Assembly: GCA_028534125.1 (NCBI GenBank)
Contig: CM052817.1
Coordinates: 6,574,001-6,638,000, forward strand
Length of the DNA stretch: 64,000 nt
Direction of reading: 5' to 3'
Origin: Lama glama
Lineage: Eukaryota
Of this stretch, positions 40,801 to 54,000 are shown piece after piece (position 1 is the stretch's first letter; each line of letters begins with the position of its first letter). The position numbers and the translations under genes are program-made. The notes beneath the pieces were generated by a model. It was not told the DNA's origin. It ran no database searches and was given only the letters and a program-made list of their open reading frames with translations.

Positions 40801-43451
40801 GACTTCCAAAAATTGACAAGAAAAGCCATTCTTCGGGGAAAGTGGAACGTTTTGAGTATTGAGAGCGATGCGGAGAGAGAGAGAGAGATGACAAAAAACA
40901 GCAGAATGAAAAACACCAAGTGGCTCTTAGTCTAATGTTTTTGAAGGACAACTATTGCGAGACAATTAGCCTTTGCCCCATCTTTTGCAAAGGACAGTAA
41001 GGCCTCCTCAAGGAAGAGAAGGCAGCAGGTGAAGGCATTTCTGAACACGTGCGAGTGCTTAAATCAGCAGAGCCGCAGCCGGTGTAACCCGCGTCCTGAC
41101 CAACGGCTCAGTGCCAACACAGAGCCCTCTGCCGCTTCTGCTGGGATCTGTGCGGAGGGGGACGCGTGGCTGCGATCAGAGCAAGGCCAAGGCAGCTGCC
41201 ACGTTCAAGACTAAACAGTGCAAAGCCAGCCCTGGAACAGGGACCTGCCAGGACGGGGAAAGGCTGACGCACGCGGGGTGGCCTGCGATCAGGAAAGGAC
41301 AGAGAGCCGGCCGGCACTGACTTTACCCAGAGGACATTTTTTGCGGTCACTTTCACTCCTGGGTGGGCCACCATGGATGGCTGCCCATCAGAGCTCAAGA
41401 AATCTGAACTGACACATCAGGCTTCTCTCAAACATGGATATTTCTGTGTAAGATAACAGTGCTTCCCCTCCCAGCCACTGTGACCCGAGGCTGTTTTCCT
41501 TCCTTCTCCCCACGCACATCCACATTCCACAGAGCAATCACACCCTGAGACCGTGGACCAGGCACCAGTGGGTGCAAATCTCTAAGAGCAGCGGTTTATC
41601 CCGCTCTCCCTGGGCAGCTGTTTCCCGAGGGATGCAGCCAAGACCACAAGCAATTAGAGCAACGTCACTGTGCCAAACGGAGCGCTCCAGGAGGACTGAG
41701 CAAACCCTGCCCCGCTGGCTAGGGAGGCTCAGATAGACCGCACATCTCAGTGCTTCCTCCCCTCGGATGCGTGTGTACACCCAGGTGGGTGGCAGGACTC
41801 TATCCACTCAAGGCTCTCGGAGACTCAGAAAGACAGGACACCGGCTGCCTTGGACGGTGAGGGCACCGCGCAGATGGAGGAGAAAATGCAGAGCCTGGGC
41901 TGGCCCTTCGTTTCCCCACACTTTCACTGCCTGCAGCCAGTCACAGGGCCACACTGACCTTCAGACAGGAAAAGTGCAACCCTACTATGTGCCTGGAAGA
42001 GAGCCACTGGGCTGCCCCCATGCAGTGGGGGGATGGGAGAGCATCAGGTACAGACCTGAGGGAGAGACAGAGTCTGGGCCTAATGAGAAAGCGGGGAGGC
42101 TGGCGGAGGAAACAGCATGGGCTGAGGGTGGGAGCGTCCAGGTTCCTGATTTATCTGGGGGACAGTGGGCAGCCCTACAGTTGGAACACAAGGTGTGTGT
42201 ACAGAACCCAGGATGGCGAAGGATGAGTCGTGAAAGATCAGAACTTGAATTGCATCGTCACTTGTACTATATTAAAAAAAAATAGCAAAAGGAAAGCTAG
42301 GTTTTGTGCAACCGTCATGTGCATTGAATTCTCTGTCTGCATCACCGCATTTAATCCTGACAAATCTATAAAACAGAATATGTTGTGGTCCTTAGTTTTC
42401 TTAATTCAACAATTGTTTCTTGCGTGCCAACTGCCTGCCAGGCACTGGTTCAGAATTGATCCAGGTCTGAGGGGTCCAGACACAGCCTCCATCTTTCTAA
42501 AATTCCATCTACTGGAACAGATTAAACATTAAGTAAGTAAGTAAGTGTATGAAAAAATACATAATTAAAAATTACGAGTATGTAAGGTTTAGGGAGTTGA
42601 TTACCTTGCCCAAAGGGATACTGTGATGAAGTGGTGTGGCTGGGCCCAGATCGCTTCTGCTTTTAGGAGTCCTGCATGCAAACACTAACACTGCAAATAA
42701 TAGGGGTCTATAGGACATTTGCATCAGGGGACAGGGCAGGGACCTGATGACGTTTCTCTTTTGCAAAGACTGCTCAGGTCAGAGCTGGAGAAATCAACAT
42801 AGAGAAATACTGCAGACGGCAAATGGTTGTAAAAGTTATGGAGCTGGGGAAGGAAAGCAAAGCAAAGCCAGAAGAAGACAAGATTCGCATTTTAGCTGAA
42901 GACAGCAATGAAAGAGGCATTATGAATCTTGGCAGAACCTGCCACTAATTGCAAGATACAAACAGAAACGTAATAATTGTTCAAAGACAAGAGGGACCTG
43001 CTCAGGATTAGTGTATTCAGTTAATGGTCCTCTTCCACGGGTGGCCTCAGTTTCTTCTGGAATTCTGGCCTGTGGGCATGTGACCACGTTTTTGGCTGAT
43101 GGGACCTACAGAGGAATTCTCTGTAGGCTTTTGAGAAGGGTTTCCTCCCCTGATTGAAAGAAGACGGTTTCCTAGCATTGCTCTCTTCCTGTGTTAGAGC
43201 AGGGTGATGAAGGAGGCTGCTGGGGGCACCGTGGTCCCCTTACCAGGGAGACGGGGATCGGCAGAAGGAGCAGGTGAACTGGAAGGCGACACACAGCTAG
43301 ACCCTTAATGACACCTTTTATCTGCTTCTCTCACAAAATCAGGCTAGCCAGCAAGAAAAGCTAACAATCACTACAGAGTGCGGCATTAGAGACACTTAGT
43401 CGGTAACAGATCCTCAAATCAGTGTTTTACATGTGTTATCAAATGTGATAC

Positions 43452-43918
43452 AAAAATAATTAAATAACACCATTTGAAGCAACATAGATGGACCTGGAGA
43501 TTGTCACACTAAGTGAAGTAAGCCAGAAAGAGAAAGAGAAATACCATATGATAACATTTATATGTGGAATCTAAAAAAAGACCCAAATGAACTTATTTAC
43601 AAAACAGAGACAGACTCACAGACACGGAAAATAAACTTATGGTTACTCAGAGGGGAAAGAGAGGTGGAAGGATAAATTGGGAATTCAGGATTTGCAGATT
43701 CTAACTGCTATATATAAAATAAACAACAGGTCCAACTGTATCGCACAGGGAACTATATTCTATATCTTCCAATAGCCTATAATAAAAAATCATATGAAAG
43801 GATGTATGTATAATGGAATTATTACAATGTACACCAGAAATTAACACAACATTGTGAATCAACTATACTTTGATAATAAAAAACATTTAAAGTTTAAAAA
43901 AAGTTAAAATTAAAAAAA
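43452..43918 (+). mobile_element. L1 3' end
   Basis: CATTTGAAGCAACATAGATGGACCTGGAGATTGTCACACTAAGTGAAGTAAGCCAG...CAACATTGTGAATCAACTATACTT plus A-tail. Candidate TSD AAATGTGAT at 43441-43449 and 43916-43924. Confidence 0.9.
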
Positions 43919-45019
43919 TGTGATTTTTTGAAACAAAATTTCCGTGGGGAAGTATAACTCCACTTAGCAAGTGAGGCAATTGAGATTCAGAAAAACAAAC
44001 TCATTTCCCCGCCTCAAGTCAGATACCTCAAGTAATACACTGCCTTCTGGAGCCGGAGCCATTCTCCTGTGCTAACTCCAAAGGGCTCTGGCCCCAAGGG
44101 GGCTCCCCACTCGCCGAGCTCTGAGGAGGAGGCACCCGTCCCCCCAGAAAAGGTCAGGTCCTGTGCTGCGTGTGTAGATGGGGCTGAGAGAGCAGGACGG
44201 AGGGGACCTTCCCAGAGAGAAATCGGGGCAGGAGAGGTGCCACCCTGAAACTCATCTTTAAGAAGGCTCCTCATTTAATGAATGGAAATATAAACCCCAA
44301 CGCAAATAACAAACCCCTTCGCGGCAAGAGGGGCACCACGGCTGGTGCCATCACCAGGTGGCACTGGGTTCTCTTGTCTCCAGTTTCCATCCAGGACTTC
44401 GTGCTGTCATAGGACGGGGAGAAAGGCCGGAGCTCCCTGTTTCTATTACATTCCGTATTCTCTCCAGTTTCACCATTACAGTTTTTGCATTCTTCCCTCA
44501 GGGTCATGGGCATTAAGTCAGGGTCCTGAGAAGCCTTGGGAGGGGGAGAGGGCATGCCATTTACTTAAATGACCCAGTCCAGATCTAGTCAGGGACTCTT
44601 GCCTGTTCTTTGAATCCTCCGCTGCTTCTAATGGTTTCCTGTCCTGTCTTCTCCTCTGTCCTCTCTCTTCTCTGGTTCTCTCTTGCCCTCCCTTCCTCTC
44701 TGTACTTTGTCCCTGTCTTCCCCTAACACTCCTGCCATACCTTGTCCGCAATGATGCTTCTAATCTGTTGATCCAAAAAATGAAATACTAAGAATAAGGT
44801 TTGCTTGAATTCTATAAATTAAGACTAGAGAAACAAAGGGCAAAGGACTTAGACAGTCTCCCATGAATATGATGCAAAGAATCAGTCCATGATCTCTGTG
44901 ACATGACACTGACTTTGCAATCTAGAGGTCTACACTGCTTTCTTTTGTCATCTTATATTAAGAAGTTTTCAAAGCACAAAGTATCTCTTCAGTGAACTCA
45001 ATGGAGCTATTAAGCACTT

Positions 45020-45260
45020 TAAAAAAAGAAAATGCTGACTATGAGCCAAACACTGTGTAAATGCTTGACGTGACTTACTTGGTTTGATGTGCACTAAGCA
45101 ATCCTCTGCTATAAATTTTAATTACACCCATTTTGAAGAGGTGGAGACTGAGGCTTAACGATGAGAACTAACCCGCCTCCTATTGCGTGACTAAGAAGAA
45201 ACAGCGGATCTAACCGGATCTCTCTGGTTAATTAAGGCTACATGCTCAACCACCACCCTG
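45020..45260 (-). mobile_element. MIR SINE
   Basis: CTATGAGCCAAACACTGTG...CCCATTTTGAAGAGGTGGAGACTGAGGCTTA. Confidence 0.65.
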
Positions 45261-46119
45261 TTTTCCCTTTCTGGTCCTCACTCCACATAAACATACTGCT
45301 AGGAAGCAGCCCAGGTTAAGTGAGGAGTTAGTAATATTAGATGCAACAGAAACGGATTCTCTTGGCGTGAGCAATATTTCACTGTTGAAGAAAGCATAAA
45401 GCTCTGCTTGAGAAAGCCGGCCTGCTACCAGAGTCTTGCTTCGTTAGCTCCCCACCAGGTTATTATCTGACATGGAAACACAACGTTTTCATAGCCATCC
45501 TCAGAACGAGATATTCATTCCAGCTGTCCTGGGGAGAGCTCAGGCTCAGTTTATAACCCGAGGTCACCTACTTGGGAGGGGTGAGTCTGAAAGGGCCTCT
45601 CACTGTGTCATTAGCTTTGGATTCTTCTGATGAGGGAGAAATTACACGTGTGAGTCCTCAAAGCACAAAGTGTCCCTTCAGCGTGCTCAGTGGAGCCCTT
45701 GTATGAGCCTGGTTGTTTCAATTCCAGCCCTACGGTAACAAGCTCGGAGCAATATTTGTTTGAATGACGTGCTGTGTTAGTGGACTGAACGCTCTCCCCA
45801 GGTGGCCTCACGGGGTTGAAATGCCTTCTTCCCAACGGGCGTTGGGAATAATCTGGTGTGTGCACGGGAGAGGAACGGACCTGCTTATTAAACACCCTGA
45901 GAGATCTGGCTTGGTCCACACTTCTTTTAGCAAACAAGTAGCATGCTTTGGTTTGATCTGTTGCTTGGGGTGATGTGTTGCTTAGCTCATCAGAGACCAG
46001 ACACATTTTCTCCTTGGCCCATAGCCTGGCTAAGTCATTTTGTCTCCAAATCACCACACTTTCCCCTCTTTAACTGCCTATTCACCAAAGGCATCACCCA
46101 GAACTGTCATCACAAGAAT

Positions 46120-46300
46120 AGAGATGCTTTAATAAAATATAGGACTTTCAGTTACATTTAAGTCTCAGGAAAAACAATGAATCATGTCTAAATATTGAGT
46201 ATCTGGGATGTACACCTATACTAACACATTATGTGTTATTTATCTGGAGTTCAAATTTAACGGAGTGTCTTATTTCTGTTTGTAAAATCCGGGCACTCTG
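46120..46300. mobile_element. MER53-like palindromic hAT element
   Basis: AATAAAATATAGGACTTTCAGTTACATTTAAGTCTCAG...TTTATCTGGAGTTCAAATTTAACGGAGTGTC...CCGGGCACTCT, with imperfect inverted-repeat arms. Confidence 0.65.
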
Positions 46301-46906
46301 CACAAGAAGAATATAAGTTTTCTCGAGCATTATGCTTGGTGTTTTATATTAGCAATCTCCTTTAATCCTCATTAGAATGTTGAAAAATCCGAGCCCCAGA
46401 AAAACTGTTTTATTTCTCAGGATGATACAATCAGTAAGGCAGGAGATCAGAAGTTTAAACAGATGTGACTTCAAAAGCCATGCTCTTTCCACCCCAAGAA
46501 TAACTCCAGCATCTAATTCTAGAAATCTGTCATTGACAGCTTCTCCCTCCTTCCTGTCCGGGACACTGGGAAAAACTGGGTTTCAGATGTCATTTAAATC
46601 AAGTGCAGGTGAGTTTTCCAGAGCAGGAGCGAGCCTGCTTTCAGTCCAGGCCACTCAAGTGTTCATTTTTCTGAGCACAGCAAGAAGAGCGTGCCTTTTC
46701 ACTCCAGCTGCATCTGCAAACACCTTTCTCCCACTGCATCTTAACTGCTGAGACAGGACTCTGACTTACTCTCCTAAGGAGTGAAGACATTTACATAAAA
46801 CACCCTACTGCAGGCTGGCCTAATTCGCAGGAATTCTCCGGGAAATTCAGCAAGACACAAAACGCATCTCGGAAAGTGCTGAAATGGAAGTTCTGAACGG
46901 ATAAAA

Positions 46907-47406
46907 NNNNNNNNNNNNNNNNNNNNNNNNNNNNNNNNNNNNNNNNNNNNNNNNNNNNNNNNNNNNNNNNNNNNNNNNNNNNNNNNNNNNNNNNNNNNNN
47001 NNNNNNNNNNNNNNNNNNNNNNNNNNNNNNNNNNNNNNNNNNNNNNNNNNNNNNNNNNNNNNNNNNNNNNNNNNNNNNNNNNNNNNNNNNNNNNNNNNNN
47101 NNNNNNNNNNNNNNNNNNNNNNNNNNNNNNNNNNNNNNNNNNNNNNNNNNNNNNNNNNNNNNNNNNNNNNNNNNNNNNNNNNNNNNNNNNNNNNNNNNNN
47201 NNNNNNNNNNNNNNNNNNNNNNNNNNNNNNNNNNNNNNNNNNNNNNNNNNNNNNNNNNNNNNNNNNNNNNNNNNNNNNNNNNNNNNNNNNNNNNNNNNNN
47301 NNNNNNNNNNNNNNNNNNNNNNNNNNNNNNNNNNNNNNNNNNNNNNNNNNNNNNNNNNNNNNNNNNNNNNNNNNNNNNNNNNNNNNNNNNNNNNNNNNNN
47401 NNNNNN
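46907..47406. other. Assembly gap (500 N)
   Basis: Run of N. Confidence 1.
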
Positions 47407-48184
47407 CCACGCTGGTCCACAGCTTCCTTGAGGGCTGGCCCTCGGTTGGTTTTACTGGTTCATGTATTCAAGCACCTAATCCAGTGCCTGGCACCAGGTG
47501 GACATGCAGTGAACATGATCGATAGTTGAGTTCATTAAAATGAGGAGTATAGTCTGTTATTAGAAATTTATCAACCACAGCAACTCCCAGAATATAATCA
47601 AGGGTCCAAACCCCCAACACCCTAACATCTCTTATGTTGGACAAGGAAACCTGACTTTGGTTATGTTGAGTCAGAGACTGAACTTGGAGATTCCTGGCCA
47701 CTTGCCTAAGGTTTTATCCCAGCACCTAACATTTCATATGGCTTTCCCTGGACTTAGTTTTCCTTTTAGCACATCACTATCTAATCTAGGATGGATTGTC
47801 CATATCCATCTTGCTTTTTCTTGTCTCTTCCACTGGAAGATAAGCAGAAGGGCAAGGATTTCCATCTGTTTTATTCCTTATTGAGTCACCAGGGATAGAG
47901 CAACACTTGGTACATGACTGGAACTCAATAAAACACGAGTTAAAGGGATAAATGTGATTGGCGTAGCTGCTTACAGGACAGGGAAGAGGCAGACCACAAA
48001 TAAACACTCTGTAAATGTGAAGGTTAACTCATTGCTACAGGGTCTACACTACACTCTCGACACACCCTGGCCTAGATTTTCTGAATAACTGATTTTACTG
48101 AGTCTCATATTCCAACCAATTTCTTTTCTATCCTCAGAACCTGGGCGCCATGAATTGGGGCCTGTGGGACATAGATGAGGAGGC

Positions 48185-48330
48185 CGACCTTACAGAAGTG
48201 TTTTGTTTGGCCCACACAATAAATTTTTTTAAACACTGAATTAGCTGCTGTCACTGAAAAGTCAGCAGAATCTACATAAAATTGTAAACACAAAGCCTAT
48301 ATGGAAAAAAAAAATTGGATGCCACAAGAC
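48185..48330. mobile_element. MER102-like fragment
   Basis: GTTTTGTTTGGCCCACACAAT...TGAATTAGCTGC...CTACATAAAA. Confidence 0.4.
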
Positions 48331-51300
48331 AGGGCCTGAGTCCCGACCTGTGTGCTGGTTTGGAGCTAAAGCATCCCCTGACCCAGCCTGTCCCGGGTCC
48401 CTTTTCCTTCAGGCTATTACTTGCCAGGCTGCTGAAGTTATTTGAGTGAGCGACCCCTGCTGGAAAGTTCCCAAGATGCACATACAACATGGGAGGGGGA
48501 AAAAAAAATAAGTAAAGATGCCCACTGGGATCTATTTCTGTTATGTTCAGGCTATTTCTTGGAAGAATAATGCATTCATTTCTCTAGAACTCTTGTGGTA
48601 TCACATAACTATTGACAAATTATGGCCCAGTAAATATTATTCTAACGGCCTAAAAAAGCTATGCTATGAGCTCTAATTCCCCAAGGATAGAGGAAGCTGA
48701 GAAGGCTTCATGCCAGAGGCAGGACCGAAGATGAATTGTGAGAGGCTATGTATGCATCAGCTGGTTACAATTTCGTCTAAATCAGAGAGGGGAGGAATTT
48801 ACTTGAAGACTATGAGTCACCTCTGGGAATTAATGATAAGCTGAAAAGCCAGCCTGGAAACAAGAAGGAACGAAAGGAACCAGGGAATGCATCAGGACCA
48901 AGCCACAGGAACAGCACCCCTGGGACATCCTGGGACACTGAGGCTGCTGCTGATGCCACTTATTTCATGACCCAAGGTGGTAAAGAAATGCTCAGCTGTC
49001 CTTTTGTCCTTTAGCTAGTCCCTCAAGTTTCCAAGTCTCAGACAGGATCATCCACCTGAGCCCTGGTTCAGAGCTCGGAGATATGGAGATACAGACACAG
49101 AGGAAGAGCCCTGCCTCCTATGGAAAAGTCCCCTTAGAAGGGGAGGGTGGTATCCTCTGAATACAAAGGCTGTTCAGTTTCTGGGAAACTTCTAAAATGC
49201 AAAAGTGCATGGGGTAGGAGAACTGTAAGTGGAGGTGGAAGGGAGGGGGCCATGCAGGCAGTACAGTGGAATGGAATGAGAACAGACAGACCTGAACTCC
49301 AATCTGGAATCCTCTGTACCTTCAGAAAATTAATTAACTTTTCTAATCGGCAGATTCCAAATCTTTAAAATAGAAATGATGCCATCTGCCTGTGCACAGC
49401 ACAGGGTTGCTGTGACGATCCAGTTCAGTCATTCATTCACTTATTTCAAAAATACTTATCAAGCATTTATTAAGCGTCAGGCCCTTCGCTAGGTCCTGGG
49501 GACCGATGTGGAACAACAGAAATGCAATAGAGAGACGGTGCTTTATGCTGATGACAGACTTAGACAAGGCAGACCTAGGTCATCTCCTGAAACTGATCAT
49601 GCATCACTTTTCCCCAACTGATACACCCATTTGCAACTTTCCTCTTTTTCGGTTAATCAATATTAGGGCCCTTCCTGAAACATATATTTTCTTAAGACAT
49701 ATGAAATGCATTAAGCTAAAAAGAGAAAAAAAAAACTTAAAAAAATTTAACTCTGATCCTATAATCAAGAAACTAATGGCCCTGAGAAGCCGTGAAGCCT
49801 GATGCTGGTGGGTTTCAGGAGGCATAATCACAAGGCGATACTGGCCTATTGTATGAAATCCTCTCCCTCATTTAATGTTTAGCATATGCAATCCACACAG
49901 ACATTCACAAACTACAAAATTAGCATTAAAATAGACCAAATGAAATTTGCAGGAAAAGCAAGTTAAGTAATTCTGTACATTTTTTCACCAGTGTTTTAGA
50001 ACTGCCATAATGCTCTGTACATACATTTTTTTAACTTTCTCATAATAATCTTTCAATCTATATTTTGCCAGGGAAGAGTCTGAGGCCCAGAGAGGGAAAA
50101 ATAATTTGTTTAGGGTCCTAGGGCAAGAATCCAACTCCAAATCCAGCTAGCCACCTTACCATTCCCCACTTGATTGTAGGAAAAGGTTGGCCTGGCTAGG
50201 AAGTAGGGGTTCATCCCTGGGATTGAAGGAAGATACTCACATCCAAGCTAGATCTCTCCCAGTAGCTGCTGGGAAGTTACAGCTTTCCACAAGAGCTGGA
50301 AAGTCACTGCGTTTCCCACAGAGCAGCTAGAAGGCTGCTCCTCTCCAAGACTGCTACTCGCCTTTACTTCTCCAAGACTGCCTTTCAAACAAACATCCCG
50401 GCTTAGTAGCATGCCCTGAAACCTGGATTCTCAGCCTTGACCCCAAATACAGACTCAGTTCCATCAGGACATCAGTACCTTTCACTGTCCCTCTGTCCAA
50501 ACTGGCCGCGATAAAAACAGCATGACTCAGTACTCAGTGTGGGTATGTGCCACCCTGGGCAGAATTCTGGGAAAGGCACGGTGCACCAATCAAGCAATTT
50601 TACGTCAGCCAGTCCATATTCCTAGCCCCTTTCTAGTCCCATCAAATTTTAATTCAAGATAAAGACTTCCACATTGTGTTTCCCTTCAAGGAGCTCTTCA
50701 GGACTTTTCCAGTAAGATAATTTCTTCTTTTGATAACAAAAGCACATCCCCCATTAATATTGTAGAGTCCAAGTAAAGGGTTCCTGAACATCTACAATGC
50801 GGAGGACTTGAAGTTTTATACAGGGCATAATAACAGCACAGCTAAGAGCCCTGGGCTTTTCCTGATCCTCTGCAAGTTCAAGGTAGCACTTTCTCACCAG
50901 TTTCCCAAGCAAAGAATCTCCCATCTTAAAGCTTAAAGTAATCTGTACACCAGGCAGCTTCAGTCTGGATCTGAAGCCCAGAAACACTGCAGAAGATGCC
51001 TCAGGAAGGTACCCTCACTGGATGCTACTGTCTGTTGTAATTAACTGCTTCGACTTAAGAGTGCTTAGTCACGAAGTTGTGGATCCCAGTTGAACTTGGC
51101 AGAAAGAGTTAGAGGGACCCACTGAAGCGCTGTGAGGCTCCTTGAGAAGCTCATCTTTCTCTGCCTAGAGCTGGAGAAAATCTTATGTAACACAATGGTC
51201 CGTTTCAATATGTTATTTCTGCAATCCTAAGGGAGGGGCAAAAAATCTAAGCACTGGAAATACAAAGAGTAACTCGGGGATTTGCAGCTGAAGCGTCCAC

Positions 51301-51499
51301 CGCCTGGAATTTCACTAGGTTAGGCTTATTCGCATCACACCCAATCATTATTGAGAAACCAGAAAGCAAGACAAATTCCGAACGCCAAAGGATGGGCTTT
51401 AGAAATGCAGGGAGGCAGAAATTGTGTTATCTCCCCCTCTTTTTTTTTTTTTTTTGGATGAAATTCCTGACATTAACCCTTGGGTGGAAGTTGGTAACT

Positions 51500-54000
51500 G
51501 CATTTCAACAAAATAAGGTAAGATTTGGCTGCAAAGCAAGAACGCCCAAGTAGGACCCGAAAGATTCTGCGGCTAAACGTGCCATGGCCACAAAAGCAGC
51601 GGAGGACCGGCGCCCGGGCGCTGAGGGACTCTCTGAGGATCTGCTCCCGCAGCGAGCGGAGAGCGGAGCCGCCGGGCAAGTGGTGCCTGGTTTCGAGAGC
51701 TCTGGCTGCCAGAGGAGGAGCGGGCGCACTCCCTCCTCATCCCTTGGCTGTTCCTCGCGGCTGCTCCCTGCTAGCAGGGAACCGCTTCTGGGGGAGCAGC
51801 GAGAAGGCAGGAGATTTGGAGTCGCCTCCCCAGAACCCCCCCAAAAGCATCTCTGTACAAGTAGTGGATAAAAATAGCCAGCGGATAACGCTGGGGGGAG
51901 GAGCGAGACTCGAGCGAGGCAAAGCAAGGATAAGACTGGTCCTGCAAAGTGGAGGGCGGAGGAAGAGGGATGCAGTCTTCTCCCGAGAGAGGGGCCTGGG
52001 TATGCGAGAAAGCGTGGAGGCCCACCCGGCGGAGGGGATGCGATGGAAGACGCACAGAGCCGGCAAACAACTGCGGAGCCGAGTACACCTAACAGCCCAT
52101 GCCCTGCGCCCCGGTTTGCTCCCGCCTGCTCCTCCATCCCGTTTTTTGCCGGCTCTAGAAGCGGTCCTCAGGCTCCCGGGACAGGCTGGGACCGAAAGAG
52201 GGAGCAGCGACGGTCTGCCCCCTGGCTGGGAGAGCGCACCTGGAGACGTCAGGCTCCGCGAGCGAGCGTGCCCCTGGTTCGGAGCAAGGGGTCTACATGC
52301 TCCCACCACGGGTTGGAGCCCCGCCTCCCCTCACCCTCATCTGCCGTCACTACCCAAGGTGCTCGAAATAGAAACAGAGGCAAAAAAAAAAAAAGGTAAA
52401 AAGTGACATGAAAAATCAGAACCGCGCATAACTGGCATTAGGGAAAGGGGCTACTTACAGTCTGTCGCCTCAATCTCTCTCCGAGCATCCCCACCCCTCG
52501 GGGGATGCCCCATCTCTTCTCTACTCCGAAAGCAAACCAGAACAAGGCTTCCCCACCCTGGATGCTCCCTCAACAGACTGACTTTTTGCTGACTGTATCC
52601 CCGCTCCAGTTCCCAGCCAAAGTGGTACCTGGGCTTCGCTGCGCTTTGCGCTCCTGCTGCCCCGCACGATCCTAGGGAGAAGCGTTGGGCAGGAGCGAAC
52701 CTCCTGACTCTGCTGGGGAGTAAGAAAAAAAAATCCAGTCCACTAAGTCGGAAACCTGGGTACCTGCCGTAAAAACCCGTCCCTGAAGACTTGCAGAGCT
52801 GAGGGGCCAAGGCAGGAGGTGAGGAGGATGGGGAAACCCCTGGTCTCTCTTTCCTTTTCCCCACTACGTGCACTCCACTTGCTCCAGCCCGGGCTCACCT
52901 TGGGCTCTGCGCTGGCCCCAAGTCCGGTATGCCAAGTCGGGGCACCGCGATCGCCCCTCGCCTTGCCACTCCCCAGACTGGCGGCCCCCGCCCCGCGCGC
53001 GCCGCACTCACCTGAGCCGCGCCACCTTCTAGCCGGTCCGGGGCCCGAAGTCGGCTCTCGGGCTGGGCCATGGGCAGCGCCGTGGAGCTCCGGCGGCCGG
53101 CGGAGTGAGCTTCGGCACGACCCTGCGCAGGCGGTGAGGCACGGACGCCGGCACCCACTGCGACCCGGCAGTGGCGGCGGTTCGTGGCTGCCCGCGCGCC
53201 GGGGACTTTGCAGACGCGAGGCTAGATCAGACCCGCGAAGGGGAGGAGCAGGAGGAGGAGCAGGAGCAGGAGGAGGGGACCGAGGAGGCCGGGCCCTGAG
53301 GGAGAGCGCGTGGGGCAGAGGAGGAACGCGAGCGCCCACTGCTGCCCGGCCCGCTCCGGTGCTGCCCCGAGCAGGGCCGCTCGGCGCCGGGCGAGCCTCT
53401 CTGCGCTCCAGGCGGCCGGGCTGAGCTCTCGGCTCCCGCCGACAGGTATTGAACGAGTTGGTTCCTCCCACTCGGCGAGACAGTTCCTCGGGTTTCAATC
53501 CTGGGAGGTTAGGGGCACTGGGGAGAGGGCTAGCACGGCCGGGAGGGTGGGGTCGCCGCCAACCTGGCACGTCCCGTCTATCCCCTCACTCTTGCTAGGG
53601 AAGGGTAGGTTCGAACCTCGAGCCCCCATCTTCTTCCACTTTCTAGCCTCGCAAGGTCCCCAGGACCTGCGCCCCTCCCACGTGCGTCAGCAATGCCGGT
53701 TTCCTTCCAGGCAGGTGCCCCCCTTAGGCGTCGCTGCTCCCTGCACCGCCCAGGAAGCAGGGGGAGCCATCCTTCACGCACCGCAGCCGGGCTGGGACGC
53801 CCGCGGCCACGCAGCCTGGGTCGGAATGCGCGCGAGGAGCCGGCTCCTGAGCGCTCCGTGTCGCCATTGAACGCGCCACCCGCCTTCGGTTTCGAGTCCG
53901 GGAGTGGATGCCGATTCACCGGGAGTGCCCCGGCTAGTGCACCAGAACTGCAAACGTCAGCTCGGAAATTAAGCAGGGTATCCCTGCCGCCTCCCCCACC
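51500..54000. promoter_or_regulatory. HS3ST1: CpG island / HS3ST1 promoter
   Basis: Very GC- and CpG-rich relative to its flanks. GC box CCCCGCCC near 52987, E-box CACGTG at 53679-53684, TACGTG at 52865-52870, and a (GGAGCAGGA)-like purine tract at about 53241-53280. No TATA box seen. Confidence 0.88.
53012..53230 (-). other. HS3ST1: Putative non-coding first exon of HS3ST1 (5' end approximate)
   Basis: Perfect donor CAG|GTGAGT (GT at 53011-53010) in the densest part of the CpG island. Fits the known HS3ST1 layout of a non-coding first exon and one long intron. The TSS cannot be fixed from sequence. Confidence 0.75.

Noticed and set aside
46791..47420. 209-aa and 187-aa ORFs made of X
   Set aside because: Artefacts of the 500-N gap.
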